Assembly: GCA_965279515.1 (NCBI GenBank) | Contig: CBDIID010000003.1 | Span: 2,880,001 to 2,944,000 of the forward strand | Direction of reading: 5' to 3' | Source of the DNA: Turneriella sp. | GTDB taxonomy: Bacteria; Spirochaetota; Leptospiria; Turneriellales; Turneriellaceae | DNA: 64,000 nucleotides | In this document: piece after piece, positions 49,457-58,939 of the stretch | Layout: each line of letters starts with the position of its first letter | Position numbering within the stretch: position 1 is the stretch's first letter | Notes under the pieces: model-generated | The model's database searches: none | Told to the model about the DNA's origin: nothing | What the model saw: only the letters and a program-made list of their open reading frames with translations | Made by a program: the position numbers and the translations under genes

Positions 49457-50410
49457 ATGTATAGCGCCTACCTGACTGAAACCCTAAAATTGAGAAGAGC
49501 CAATGGGTTTACTGTGTTGGATTTGTTTGCTGGCGCTGGTGGTTTGTCACTCGGCTTCGAAGCCGCTGGCTTTACCACTTTGGGACAAGAAATTAATAGT
49601 GATGCGTGCCTAACCTACAATCATAACCTTAAAGGTAAATGTGTACAAGAACGGATCAGTGTCTCGAACAGCTTCCCGAAAGCTGATGTGATTATTGGCG
49701 GACCGCCATGTCAACCGTTTAGTGTTCTCGGAAATCGCCTTGGTATCGAAGACGATCGGAATGGTTTCCCTGCGGTAATTCAAGCAATAAAACAGGTAAA
49801 GCCACGAATATTTCTGCTCGAGAATGTCAAAGGTTTAGTTGGCAGCCACAGCACCTACTTCCAAACCGTTCTTCGGTCATTACGAAATCTAAAATACAAT
49901 GTAGCATTTCAGGTCATTAATGCAAAAGATTATGGCGTCCCCCAAAATAGGGAACGAGTACTTATTATTGGCTCCAAAATTCCATACGCATTTCCGAAAA
50001 AACGTACTTTGAGCGTAAATGCCGGTTATGCAATTAACGACATCTTGCCCAAGATGAATAGAGGTGCAAAACTACTGACCAAAAAAATGGATCAATATAT
50101 TGCACGATATGAAAAGGCATCTAAATGCGTGACGCCAAGGGATCTGAATCTCTCTAGGCCGGCTAGGACTCTCACATGCCGCAATCTATCAGGTTTTACT
50201 GGAGATATGCATCGAATAAAAATGAAAAATGGACGGCGAAGAAGGCTGTCAATTCGTGAAGCTGCGAGACTACAAAGCTTTCCAGACTGGTTTGAGTTTT
50301 TTGGAACAGAAGCTAGTCAATTAGTACAAATCGGAAATGCGGTTCCGCCATTATTAGCTTACCAGCTAGCAGAGTCCTTTAAAAAAGCTTTGCGAGGAAA
50401 TGTGATATGA
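49457..50410 (+). CDS. DNA (cytosine-5)-methyltransferase
   Basis: DLFAGAGG, GGPPCQPFS, ENVKG, PQNRER, REAARLQSFP, QIGNAVPP. Confidence 0.96.
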   Translation: MYSAYLTETLKLRRANGFTVLDLFAGAGGLSLGFEAAGFTTLGQEINSDACLTYNHNLKGKCVQERISVSNSFPKADVIIGGPPCQPFSVLGNRLGIEDDRNGFPAVIQAIKQVKPRIFLLENVKGLVGSHSTYFQTVLRSLRNLKYNVAFQVINAKDYGVPQNRERVLIIGSKIPYAFPKKRTLSVNAGYAINDILPKMNRGAKLLTKKMDQYIARYEKASKCVTPRDLNLSRPARTLTCRNLSGFTGDMHRIKMKNGRRRRLSIREAARLQSFPDWFEFFGTEASQLVQIGNAVPPLLAYQLAESFKKALRGNVI

Positions 50411-50434
50411 AAAACAAAGGAAAAGGGTTTCAGA

Positions 50435-51523
50435 ATGAATGTTGACAAACTCCCCAAAATAGAGTTTATCGAAATTGCCAAGCTGAACTTTGATCCACAC
50501 AATCCAAGATTACCAACGACGGTTTTGAATACCAAGGATGAAAGTGAAGTCATTGCTTGGATGCTCAAAGACGCGTCTATCCTTGAGCTCATGGGAGCAA
50601 TAGGCGAAAAGGGTTTTTTTCCTGCAGAGCCATTACTGGTCTGTGCAGAAAAAGGCAAATCTGATTCTTATATTGTGGTAGAAGGGAATCGTCGTTTAGC
50701 TGCCTTGAAATTACTTTCTAGACCTGATCTTGCGGCCCAAAAGAAAGCGTCAATTCAAAGTATCATAAGTGAAGCAAACTACACGCCGCAGAAGGTACCA
50801 GCAATTATATATGACACAAGAGCAGAAATCTTGGACTACCTTGGGTTTCGACATATAACTGGTGTAAAGTCCTGGCGGCCGTTAGCTAAAGCAAAGTATC
50901 TAAAAGATTTGAAGAAACAATATGAAAAGCTAAGTCTTGATCAGCAATTCATTCACTTAGCAAAAGCGATTGGAAGTCGGGCAGATTATGCACGCCAGTT
51001 GCTTGTAGGCTTAGAATTATTTGATCGCATTTATGAGAAAAATTATTTTGGAATAGCGGGATTACAAGAAGACACCATTGATTTCGGAGTGTTTTACAAC
51101 GCTCTTCGGTGGAATAACATTGTGAAATTCTTAAATGTAGATCTTCAATCGAAAAAGCCAACTGCAAGGATCGACATGAAAAATCTTGAAGAATTAGTGA
51201 GGTGGGTGGCTGAAAAAAATTCTGAAAATTTCACAAGGCTCGGGGAATCACGAAACTTAAAGCATCTAAATTCCATTGTAGGAAATAAAAAAGCTTTGGC
51301 TGAATTCCGAAGGGGTAAATCTCTTGAGGATGCCGTTATATTTACAGATGAGCCAGATGAAGTTTTTCGAACTTCCATCCAAAGCTCGTTGAAACAACTT
51401 GAAACAGCAAATAGCTATTTCCCAAAAATCGAGATAGTCGACGAATCTGACTTGGAAGATTTAAAATCTATCACAAAAATATCCGCAATTCTTCAAAGTT
51501 CGATCCGTAATAAACTCAACTAG
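50435..51523 (+). CDS. ParB/Srx-like N-terminal domain protein
   Basis: FDPHNPRL, EPLLV, YIVVEGNRRLAALKLL; RHITGVKSW.PLAKA. Confidence 0.75.
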   Translation: MNVDKLPKIEFIEIAKLNFDPHNPRLPTTVLNTKDESEVIAWMLKDASILELMGAIGEKGFFPAEPLLVCAEKGKSDSYIVVEGNRRLAALKLLSRPDLAAQKKASIQSIISEANYTPQKVPAIIYDTRAEILDYLGFRHITGVKSWRPLAKAKYLKDLKKQYEKLSLDQQFIHLAKAIGSRADYARQLLVGLELFDRIYEKNYFGIAGLQEDTIDFGVFYNALRWNNIVKFLNVDLQSKKPTARIDMKNLEELVRWVAEKNSENFTRLGESRNLKHLNSIVGNKKALAEFRRGKSLEDAVIFTDEPDEVFRTSIQSSLKQLETANSYFPKIEIVDESDLEDLKSITKISAILQSSIRNKLN

Positions 51524-51526
51524 CAG

Positions 51527-52591
51527 ATGCGGCAGCGGAAGAAGAAGGGAGTAAAGTCTGCTTTAGACGCCAAATACTTTTCAACACTTGAAAAGAATCC
51601 TGATTATTCAAAAACGGATTCGTATTTATGGGCTGACTATATCGAACTTATCTGTTTGGCAAATATTGACGGACAGATTTCAATCGATGCACTGCTGGAT
51701 CGCATAGTGGATAGGCAAAAAGATCTCCAGGAGGCGGATCCGGATGATTTATCAGAACTTAATGGTTTAGAGGCCGAAGATGACATAGCAACTAGACGTT
51801 CTGAGATTATTGATAAGTGGAGAGGAAGTGCCGAAGATTGGTTCAAAGTTCTCGAGGCCCGTGCTGGTACGTATGGTAAAGATTATCCATTCTCGGTTAA
51901 ATCTGGCGATGAGCTGTTTCTTGTTCATAGGCTTACGCAAAGACATCGTTTATATTTATTTTTTCTATTCTGCTCTAATCTTTCTTTTTTTGAAAAACAA
52001 CATCAAACTTTACTCTCAAATAGCTTTGAAATGGTTGCCTTTTGGGCCACCGCTGGGATATTGCCTAAGTCCGCGACAATAGACCTTTTTGGAGCAAATG
52101 CATTAAACGTAAAAGGGAGGTATAAAACCGGCACTACCTTATGGGAAAAAATAAATACACTTACCCAGGAGATTCGCGAAAATCTTCAGCCAAGAATCTC
52201 AGAGGCAAATTACAAGGTTCACAATCATGGGGATGATGGATTAGATATCGTTGGCTACATTCCAACCGGAGATAACCTCTCGAGCATGCCCGTGTTTTTG
52301 GGGCAATGCACTTGTCAAAAAGAGTGGTGGAAAAAACAGTCAGAGTCAAGTTATGACGTTTGGAGCGCAAAAATTACTCTCACAACATATTCGAATAATC
52401 TTATGTATATCCCTTATTGCTTTCGAGGAGCCCGCGGTGAATGGTTTAACTCAGGAAAAATTTCTAAAACGTTTCTCATCGACCGCAAAAGATTACTTCA
52501 TTTTCTTCAAGGAAAAGAGACTCAAGTAAGCAACTTAAGTTGCCAAAAAATTTTGAACAAGATAATCCTACAGAAAGAAGCCGTTTTCTAA
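51527..52591 (+). CDS. Hypothetical protein with Mrr-like PD-(D/E)XK motif
   Basis: FEMVA...GDDGLDIVGY...VFLGQCTC. Confidence 0.55.
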   Translation: MRQRKKKGVKSALDAKYFSTLEKNPDYSKTDSYLWADYIELICLANIDGQISIDALLDRIVDRQKDLQEADPDDLSELNGLEAEDDIATRRSEIIDKWRGSAEDWFKVLEARAGTYGKDYPFSVKSGDELFLVHRLTQRHRLYLFFLFCSNLSFFEKQHQTLLSNSFEMVAFWATAGILPKSATIDLFGANALNVKGRYKTGTTLWEKINTLTQEIRENLQPRISEANYKVHNHGDDGLDIVGYIPTGDNLSSMPVFLGQCTCQKEWWKKQSESSYDVWSAKITLTTYSNNLMYIPYCFRGARGEWFNSGKISKTFLIDRKRLLHFLQGKETQVSNLSCQKILNKIILQKEAVF

Positions 52592-52772
52592 GAAGTATCC
52601 TAAGGTTACATTTTCAGACTCAAAAATTTTATGAATGGATTTGATTTGCATTGGTTTAATGTACCAACGTAGATATCAGTGGTGAAATTTGCGCAGTTCT
52701 GTCACATAACCGCATGTTTGCGCCATTTCGCTTTTTTTCGCAACCCCTGACAGCAAAAAGCATCTTAATAAC

Positions 52773-53558
52773 ATGACGTCTTTTGCCGCCGATACCTATA
52801 CCACGCCCGCCGACCAACATACCGACTGGCAAGACTACCTCTTTCTGCGCTCGCGCTGGTGGCTCTATACCCGCTTCGTCGGCACCGTTTTTCGCTCGCG
52901 CAAGCTCATCGAAGAAAACCGCTATGGCAACGAAAACTGGGCCGATACCTCGCTCGATGTCATGCAGTCGATTGAAGCCGTCGGTGGCCGCTTTGAGATC
53001 ACCGGCATCGACAACCTGCGCAAGGCCGAGGGCCCGCTTGTAATCATCGCCAACCACATGAGCGCACTCGAAACCTTCGTGCTGCCCTGCCTGGTGACTC
53101 CCATTAAGCCCACGACCTTTGTCGTGAAAGAGAAGCTCATGCGGGGATTGTTCTTTGGCAAGATCATGAAGTCGCGCGACCCGATCGTTGTCGGCCGTGA
53201 AAATGCCCGTGAAGATATGGAGATCGTACTGCGCGAAGGCGAGAAGCGCCTCAGAGAAGGTAAATCCGTCATTCTGTTTCCCGAAGGCACGCGCCAGGCG
53301 GGTTTTGTACCGGAGAATTTCAATTCGCTCGGCACCAAGCTTGGCAAGCGCGCCGGAGTCAAGGTGATGCCAGTCGCTCTTAAAACCGACTTCTGGAGCA
53401 ATGGCCGTTTTCTGAAGGGCTTTGGTCCCCTGAAGCGCAAGCGCCGCATCCACATCGCCTTTGGCGAAGCGATGGATGTGGAAAAGAAAGAGAAAGAGAC
53501 CCACCAGAAAATTATCGATTTTATCGGTTCACGCTTCAACCAGTGGAAAAACTCCTGA
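52773..53558 (+). CDS. 1-acyl-sn-glycerol-3-phosphate acyltransferase
   Basis: ANHMSALE, FVVKEKL, LFPEGTR. Confidence 0.9.
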   Translation: MTSFAADTYTTPADQHTDWQDYLFLRSRWWLYTRFVGTVFRSRKLIEENRYGNENWADTSLDVMQSIEAVGGRFEITGIDNLRKAEGPLVIIANHMSALETFVLPCLVTPIKPTTFVVKEKLMRGLFFGKIMKSRDPIVVGRENAREDMEIVLREGEKRLREGKSVILFPEGTRQAGFVPENFNSLGTKLGKRAGVKVMPVALKTDFWSNGRFLKGFGPLKRKRRIHIAFGEAMDVEKKEKETHQKIIDFIGSRFNQWKNS

Positions 53559-53615
53559 TCTAAAATTTGAATTGTTTTTCTGCTCGCGGTTCGCTAAGAT
53601 GCCGCGAGGGAAGTT

Positions 53616-54596
53616 CTGATTCGCAAGCATCCATCCCCCCTGTTCTTTTGCCTGCTGTTGGCATTTTGCCGCGGCGAAGCGACGACCGACGTCTCGCAGC
53701 TTGTGGCCGGCAAGAAAGAAGAAGTCTATGGCGACATGGAGGTCGCGCAGAAGGCTGAAGTCTCCGATACCGCTTACGCGCGCTCGATCAACTTCGGCGT
53801 CACACCCTGGGGCGACATCGAAAAGATGCGCAAGGCCTACCAGCCGCTCTCGGCGTATCTTTCTGAAAAACTCAATGCGCGCGTGCGCCTCATGATTGTG
53901 CAGGAATACCGCGAGCTGGTGACCGACCTCAAGCGCGGTATCGTGCAGATCGCATCGTTTTCACCGGGTGCCTATGCGGACGCGCTCGACGAGGGCATCG
54001 ATAAGGATTCGATCTACGTCGCTTCGTCGCAGCTCAAGGGGAAGGATTTTTACCGCGGCATCATCGTCGTTAAGAATGAAGTGAAAGACCTTGCGGCACT
54101 CAAGGGTAAGTCCTTCGCCTTTGTAGAGACCGGTTCTTCTTCGGGATACAAATATCCGCTGGCGCTGTTTCTCTCCCAAAGAATCGATCCCGACAGGTAT
54201 TTTTCGAAGGTATACTTTCTCGGCTCGCACCCGAATGTCGTGGAAGCGGTGATCAACGGCAAGGTCGATGCGGGCGCTACGTGGGATGGATACATTGAGG
54301 AGAACTATCCCACGAACCCGCCGGGCATTAAGGTGCTCATGAAAACCGACCCGATACCCTACGATGCTGTCGTCGTCAGCCGCAAGAAAGGCGCCGATTT
54401 AGCGCCGAAGCTCCGCGAAATTCTGACGGGCCTCAAAAGTTATACGCTCACCAAAAGCGGGGATAAAATTCTCAATCTCGATACGGGTTTTCCGTATTCG
54501 GGTTATGTCGTGCATTCCGAAGCGATCTATGACATCGTGCGGCGCACTGGCAAAATAGTCGGCCGTTATAAAAAGCCGGAGAAGCGCGATGAGTAA
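53616..54596 (+). CDS. PhnD/SsuA-type substrate-binding lipoprotein
   Basis: FGVTPW, SSSGYKYP, GSH..VVEAVINGKVDAGA; frame extended to CTG 53616 to recover a signal peptide (track start 53658). Confidence 0.85.
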   Translation: MIRKHPSPLFFCLLLAFCRGEATTDVSQLVAGKKEEVYGDMEVAQKAEVSDTAYARSINFGVTPWGDIEKMRKAYQPLSAYLSEKLNARVRLMIVQEYRELVTDLKRGIVQIASFSPGAYADALDEGIDKDSIYVASSQLKGKDFYRGIIVVKNEVKDLAALKGKSFAFVETGSSSGYKYPLALFLSQRIDPDRYFSKVYFLGSHPNVVEAVINGKVDAGATWDGYIEENYPTNPPGIKVLMKTDPIPYDAVVVSRKKGADLAPKLREILTGLKSYTLTKSGDKILNLDTGFPYSGYVVHSEAIYDIVRRTGKIVGRYKKPEKRDE

Positions 54597-56625
54597 TGAA
54601 CCATCGTCGCGCCTGACGCGGCTCCTGAGAAAACTCGATGACCGCGTGCACGTACCCGACTGGATGCGCCGCCGCATCGAAAAGTACTCCGTCGCCTCGA
54701 AGATTAACTTTATCATTCTTACGGCAGTTCTGCCGATGCTGTTCATTCTTTCGATGATCTTTCTGGTACTGTTTTTCCAGATCAGCAACCAGATCGAGTC
54801 GACCCTCGTGCAGAAAATGATTTCGGCGAAAAATTCGTACAACTTCTATGAGCGTACGACGCTGGTCTATGCCCGCATTCTTGCCGAAAACATGCAAATT
54901 AAAAAGGAACTGCTCGCAGATACGATCAATGTCGGGCCGATTCTGCGCGTTTGCCGCCAGGTACAGTCGGGGGTTTCGCTGGGCCGTATCACCATCTACG
55001 ATCGTAAAGGTTTCGTCGTGGTGCGCAGCCACAACCCGGGCGAATTCGGCGAAGATGAAAGTAAATCCCCGGCGATTGCGCGTGCGCTCGAAAAGGGCGA
55101 AAGCACCGCGGCGCTGGCGATGGACAGGGGCCAGTTAGTGCTGCAAAATACCGTGCCCGTGTATTTTGAAGATGACCGCGTCGGGGCGATCACGGCAGGT
55201 TATACCCTCGACCACCAGTTCACGCGCACCGTCGCCGACCTCACGCAATCGGGAATCTTTATCATTTTGAATGGCAAGATCATCGCATCGTCGTTTGCGC
55301 CGGCTTTGAAAGATATGGATACTGATTATCCCGCCGAGAACCGCGATTATTCACTTTCACGGCGGGTTGTTCATAAAGATAAAAAGGATGTTGTACGTTC
55401 CGACGATATGGACTTCCGGTACATACCGATCGTTACCACCCCGACAAGCGCCGAAATTCAAAAGGCGGGTGTTGCGGTCGCGTTGAAGCCCTCGTATCCG
55501 CGTTACCTGCTCTATATTTTATTCTGGGGCGCATTTCTTTTGATTCTGATTGTGATTCTTTTAGGAATTTTGCTTTCATTCAAAATCGGCCATCGTATCG
55601 CGGGTTCGGCACGGGCCGTGTCGCAGGCCATGGTGCGGTTCACCGAGGGTGACCTCGATACCCGTGTCGACGGGGTTTCGACCGATGAACTCGGTAAGGT
55701 GGCGCATGGTTTTAACCAGATGGCTGCCGAGCTGCAGCGCCGTATCAAATATATCCGCGATACGAATGAAAACCTCGAAGCGCTGATCGGCGAACGCACG
55801 CAAGATCTCAACGAGGCGCTGCTGCGCGTTACGGGCCTTGAAGAAATGCAGCAGGGGGATTACCTGCTGATGTCGCTGCTCTTGACCCCGCTCAGTGCAT
55901 CCGATATGGCTTTGGGCAAACTCACGGCGACATTTCTTATCGAACAGAAAAAGCGGTTTTCTTTCAAAGGGCAATCCGGCGCCATCGGCGGCGACTATGC
56001 GAAATTCGCGGCACTCTCTTTTAAGGGCTCGCGCTCGCCGTGGTTGTTCTTCTTTAACGGCGATGCAATGGGTAAGTCAAGCCAGGGCGCTGCCGGCGCA
56101 CTGATCTGCGGGGTTACGCTGCAATCGATACTGGCACGTTTCGCGGATAAAAAACCGATCGGCGAAACGCCGGAGACCTGGCTCAGGAATGTGTACCGTG
56201 AACTCGACGAGATTTTCAGCCTTTTTCAGGGATCGATGAATATGTCGGCGGTATTCGGTCTCGTCAACTCTGCCCGCGGCGACACGTATTACATCAACGC
56301 GGAACATCCGCGCCTGGTGCTGTACCGCAAGAAACACGCTGACTTTGTCGAAGACGCGCAGCGCACGGCAAAACTCGGCGTCACCTCATCGGCGAAAAAG
56401 CCGCGGGTGCATTTTATCCGCCTGCGCGCCGGTGACGTGCTGCTCGCGGGGTCTGACGGAAAGGACGATATTGAAATCGGCGGAACCATCGACTCCGATG
56501 ACGAGAGATTTCTTTCTGTTATCCGCCACGCCGGCACCGATCTCAATTCCATCGTCGCGGAGATCGACCGCCAGGGTATCCGCAACGACGATTTTTCACT
56601 CCTGCGGATTTCCCTGAGCGGATAA
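54589..56625 (+). CDS. Membrane sensor PP2C/SpoIIE phosphatase (Cache-like + HAMP)
   Basis: Two TMs, DELGKVA HAMP, GGD, GDAMGKS, NAEHP, GSDG, DDFS. Confidence 0.9.
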   Translation: MSNEPSSRLTRLLRKLDDRVHVPDWMRRRIEKYSVASKINFIILTAVLPMLFILSMIFLVLFFQISNQIESTLVQKMISAKNSYNFYERTTLVYARILAENMQIKKELLADTINVGPILRVCRQVQSGVSLGRITIYDRKGFVVVRSHNPGEFGEDESKSPAIARALEKGESTAALAMDRGQLVLQNTVPVYFEDDRVGAITAGYTLDHQFTRTVADLTQSGIFIILNGKIIASSFAPALKDMDTDYPAENRDYSLSRRVVHKDKKDVVRSDDMDFRYIPIVTTPTSAEIQKAGVAVALKPSYPRYLLYILFWGAFLLILIVILLGILLSFKIGHRIAGSARAVSQAMVRFTEGDLDTRVDGVSTDELGKVAHGFNQMAAELQRRIKYIRDTNENLEALIGERTQDLNEALLRVTGLEEMQQGDYLLMSLLLTPLSASDMALGKLTATFLIEQKKRFSFKGQSGAIGGDYAKFAALSFKGSRSPWLFFFNGDAMGKSSQGAAGALICGVTLQSILARFADKKPIGETPETWLRNVYRELDEIFSLFQGSMNMSAVFGLVNSARGDTYYINAEHPRLVLYRKKHADFVEDAQRTAKLGVTSSAKKPRVHFIRLRAGDVLLAGSDGKDDIEIGGTIDSDDERFLSVIRHAGTDLNSIVAEIDRQGIRNDDFSLLRISLSG

Positions 56626-57138
56626 AATCCGCGGGAAAAGCAGGCCGGTTTCGATTCTCATGTGCTCGGCGAGATCGCGATTCAGCTGCCTGAGCTTGTA
56701 CGATAACAGCGCCAGTACCGGAACATAACCGCCGCTGACAGAGATGGCATCTGCCAGCATGCGGATGCGATCCATCTCTGTTTCATGGTGTTTGTGTTCG
56801 GTCAGCATCTGGCGAATGGCGCCCGAATATTGCCGCGATACTTCTTGCGGGGTGCGGCCGGCAGCATCGCTCTGTTCAATCCACGGGAAAAGGATTCGCT
56901 CCTCATCGGTAAGATGTTGCCGCATCTCGTCGTGGTATTTTTTCCAAATGAGGCCCAGCGTCGTCAGTTCAGGCAGCGGGTCGGTAATTTCCTTATGCGC
57001 ACGTTGAATGAGCTCGGCGATTTCATCCATAATATTGCGGGTGAATTCGTGGTGTGTAAACACCAGGTAGCGGATGACCTGGAGATTATTCATCTTCGGT
57101 ATATTTTCTGCCAGCGTCTCGTCTTCTTTCGTTTCCAT
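56596..57138 (-). CDS. Hemerythrin-domain (RIC/YtfE-like) protein
   Basis: THHEF, HLTDEERILFP, MLTEH, EHMRIETGLLFP. Confidence 0.8.
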   Translation of the reverse strand: METKEDETLAENIPKMNNLQVIRYLVFTHHEFTRNIMDEIAELIQRAHKEITDPLPELTTLGLIWKKYHDEMRQHLTDEERILFPWIEQSDAAGRTPQEVSRQYSGAIRQMLTEHKHHETEMDRIRMLADAISVSGGYVPVLALLSYKLRQLNRDLAEHMRIETGLLFPRILSAQGNPQE

Positions 57139-57242
57139 AGCGTTAAAGGCAACGGGGGGGCAGCGCGTCAAATACAATAGATAAAAAGGTAGTTATATCC
57201 TGAATTGGATTGACGCCGTCTCGCGGTGACGCAAAGGAGCGC

Positions 57243-58256
57243 ATGCCACTCATTTCGCAGGAAAACAGCGGGGAGCTGTTTACGGCCAATGGTTTCCATT
57301 TTTCTCCCCACCGCGAACCGCACCGCACACGCACCAAGCAGATACTCCTCAAACATCCAGAAATCCGCACGCTCAACGGCCGCAATATCTGGTCGTCGGT
57401 GATTATTCTCAGCATTGTGGCGCTGCAGATCGTGGTTGCCGCGTGGAGCGCAACACAAGCTATCTGGGTGCCGTTTGTCGCTGCCTTCGCCATCGGTGCC
57501 TTTGCCAACCACGCGCTCTTTGTGATGATTCACGAAGCGTCGCATAACCTGATCTTCAAATCGCGGGTACTCAACAAAATCTTTGGTATTCTCTGCAACC
57601 TGCCGATGGGTTTTCCAAGCTCCGAATCATTCCAGCGTTACCATCTCAAACACCATATCTACCAGGGCGTCTACGAGCTCGATGCCGATCTCGCCTCTGA
57701 ATGGGAGGCAAGGCTTGTGGGCAACTCTGCCTTCGGCAAAGCGCTTTGGCTTCTGCTGTATCCCGTGGTGCAGGCGAGCCGGCCTTTCCGGCTGAAAGAA
57801 ATCCGCCTGTTCGACGGCTGGATTGCCTTCAACTGGCTGTGCCAAATCGTCTTCAACGTGGCGGTTGTCTGGTTTCTCGGGCCGATGGCGTTAGTCTACA
57901 TGCTGGCTTCATTATTTTTCTCAGTGGGATTACACATTCTGGGCGCCCGCTGGATCCAGGAGCACTACCTGCTCCATGCGCCTCAGGAGACATACAGCTA
58001 CTACGGGCCGCTGAACTGGCTTGCCTTCAATGTCGGCTATCACAACGAACACCACGATTTTCCCGCGGTGCCATGGAACAATTTACCAGCGATCAGGCAG
58101 GCGGCGCCCGAAGCCTATGACAGCCTGGTTTCACACAAATCCTGGACGCGCCTGCTGTTTCGTTTTTTATTCGATCCGTCGATCGACCTGCACTCGCGCA
58201 TGGTGCGCAGTGACCGCGGCGGCATACCCCTCGATGCGGAGACTAAAGAGCCATGA
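57243..58256 (+). CDS. Sphingolipid delta-4 desaturase (DES1/DEGS)-like
   Basis: EPHRTRTKQILLKHPEI N-terminal motif; HEASH, HLKHH, HNEHHDFP; ETYSYYGPLN. Confidence 0.85.
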   Translation: MPLISQENSGELFTANGFHFSPHREPHRTRTKQILLKHPEIRTLNGRNIWSSVIILSIVALQIVVAAWSATQAIWVPFVAAFAIGAFANHALFVMIHEASHNLIFKSRVLNKIFGILCNLPMGFPSSESFQRYHLKHHIYQGVYELDADLASEWEARLVGNSAFGKALWLLLYPVVQASRPFRLKEIRLFDGWIAFNWLCQIVFNVAVVWFLGPMALVYMLASLFFSVGLHILGARWIQEHYLLHAPQETYSYYGPLNWLAFNVGYHNEHHDFPAVPWNNLPAIRQAAPEAYDSLVSHKSWTRLLFRFLFDPSIDLHSRMVRSDRGGIPLDAETKEP

Positions 58257-58936
58257 GTACCACGAAAAAACCAAAATCCATCCGCGAGGCGATGGCGACG
58301 AGCGAGACCATCCGCATGTTCCAGAACCCGCTTTTAGAAAGGCTGAGTCATGTGCATCCCGCGACGCCGTTTCTGATCTACATTCCCGTTGTCATTGTGC
58401 TGGGATACTTTTCGACGCAGACAACAAATCTCAGTATTCCTGAAATTTCTGCAGCGCTCGTGGCGGGCCTGCTGTTCTGGACTTTCGTAGAATATTGCCT
58501 GCACCGTTTCCTGTTCCATATCCCGCAGACCAACCGCGTCTTTAAGGCCATCTATTTCTATTCGCATGGTATTCACCACGAAAAACCGCGCGATGCAACG
58601 CGGCTTGTCATGCCGCCCGGTGCAAGCATTCCACTCGCTGTCGGCCTGTTTTTTCTCTTCCGCTGGCTATTGCCCGCCTATTATCTGCCCTTCACCGCGG
58701 GGTTTATCACCGGCTACCTGATCTATGACTTTTTGCATTTTGCCGTGCATTTTTTCCAATTCCGCAGCGCTTATTTCAAGATGATTCGCCGCAACCACAT
58801 GATGCACCATTACCGCGCCCCGCTCAAGAATTTCGGTTTCACTTCACCCTTTTGGGATTTCATCGGTGGTTCGTATTTCCGTACCCGTAAGGAAGATAAG
58901 GGCATCGACGATCATTCGGGCTTAAAGCCCCTCTAG
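58253..58936 (+). CDS. Fatty-acid 2-hydroxylase (FA2H/Scs7)-like
   Basis: RMFQNPLLERLS, EYCLHRFLFH, HGIHH.P.D..RLVMPP, HMMHH. Confidence 0.85.
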   Translation: MSTTKKPKSIREAMATSETIRMFQNPLLERLSHVHPATPFLIYIPVVIVLGYFSTQTTNLSIPEISAALVAGLLFWTFVEYCLHRFLFHIPQTNRVFKAIYFYSHGIHHEKPRDATRLVMPPGASIPLAVGLFFLFRWLLPAYYLPFTAGFITGYLIYDFLHFAVHFFQFRSAYFKMIRRNHMMHHYRAPLKNFGFTSPFWDFIGGSYFRTRKEDKGIDDHSGLKPL

Positions 58937-58939
58937 TTA

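Noticed and set aside
46093..52591. Prophage or ICE anchored on the recombinase
   Set aside because: No phage, conjugation or replication genes, no tRNA target or flanking direct repeats; ordinary metabolic genes lie between the recombinase and the island
52656..53539. 282-aa and 205-aa minus-strand ORFs
   Set aside because: Antisense to the acyltransferase gene
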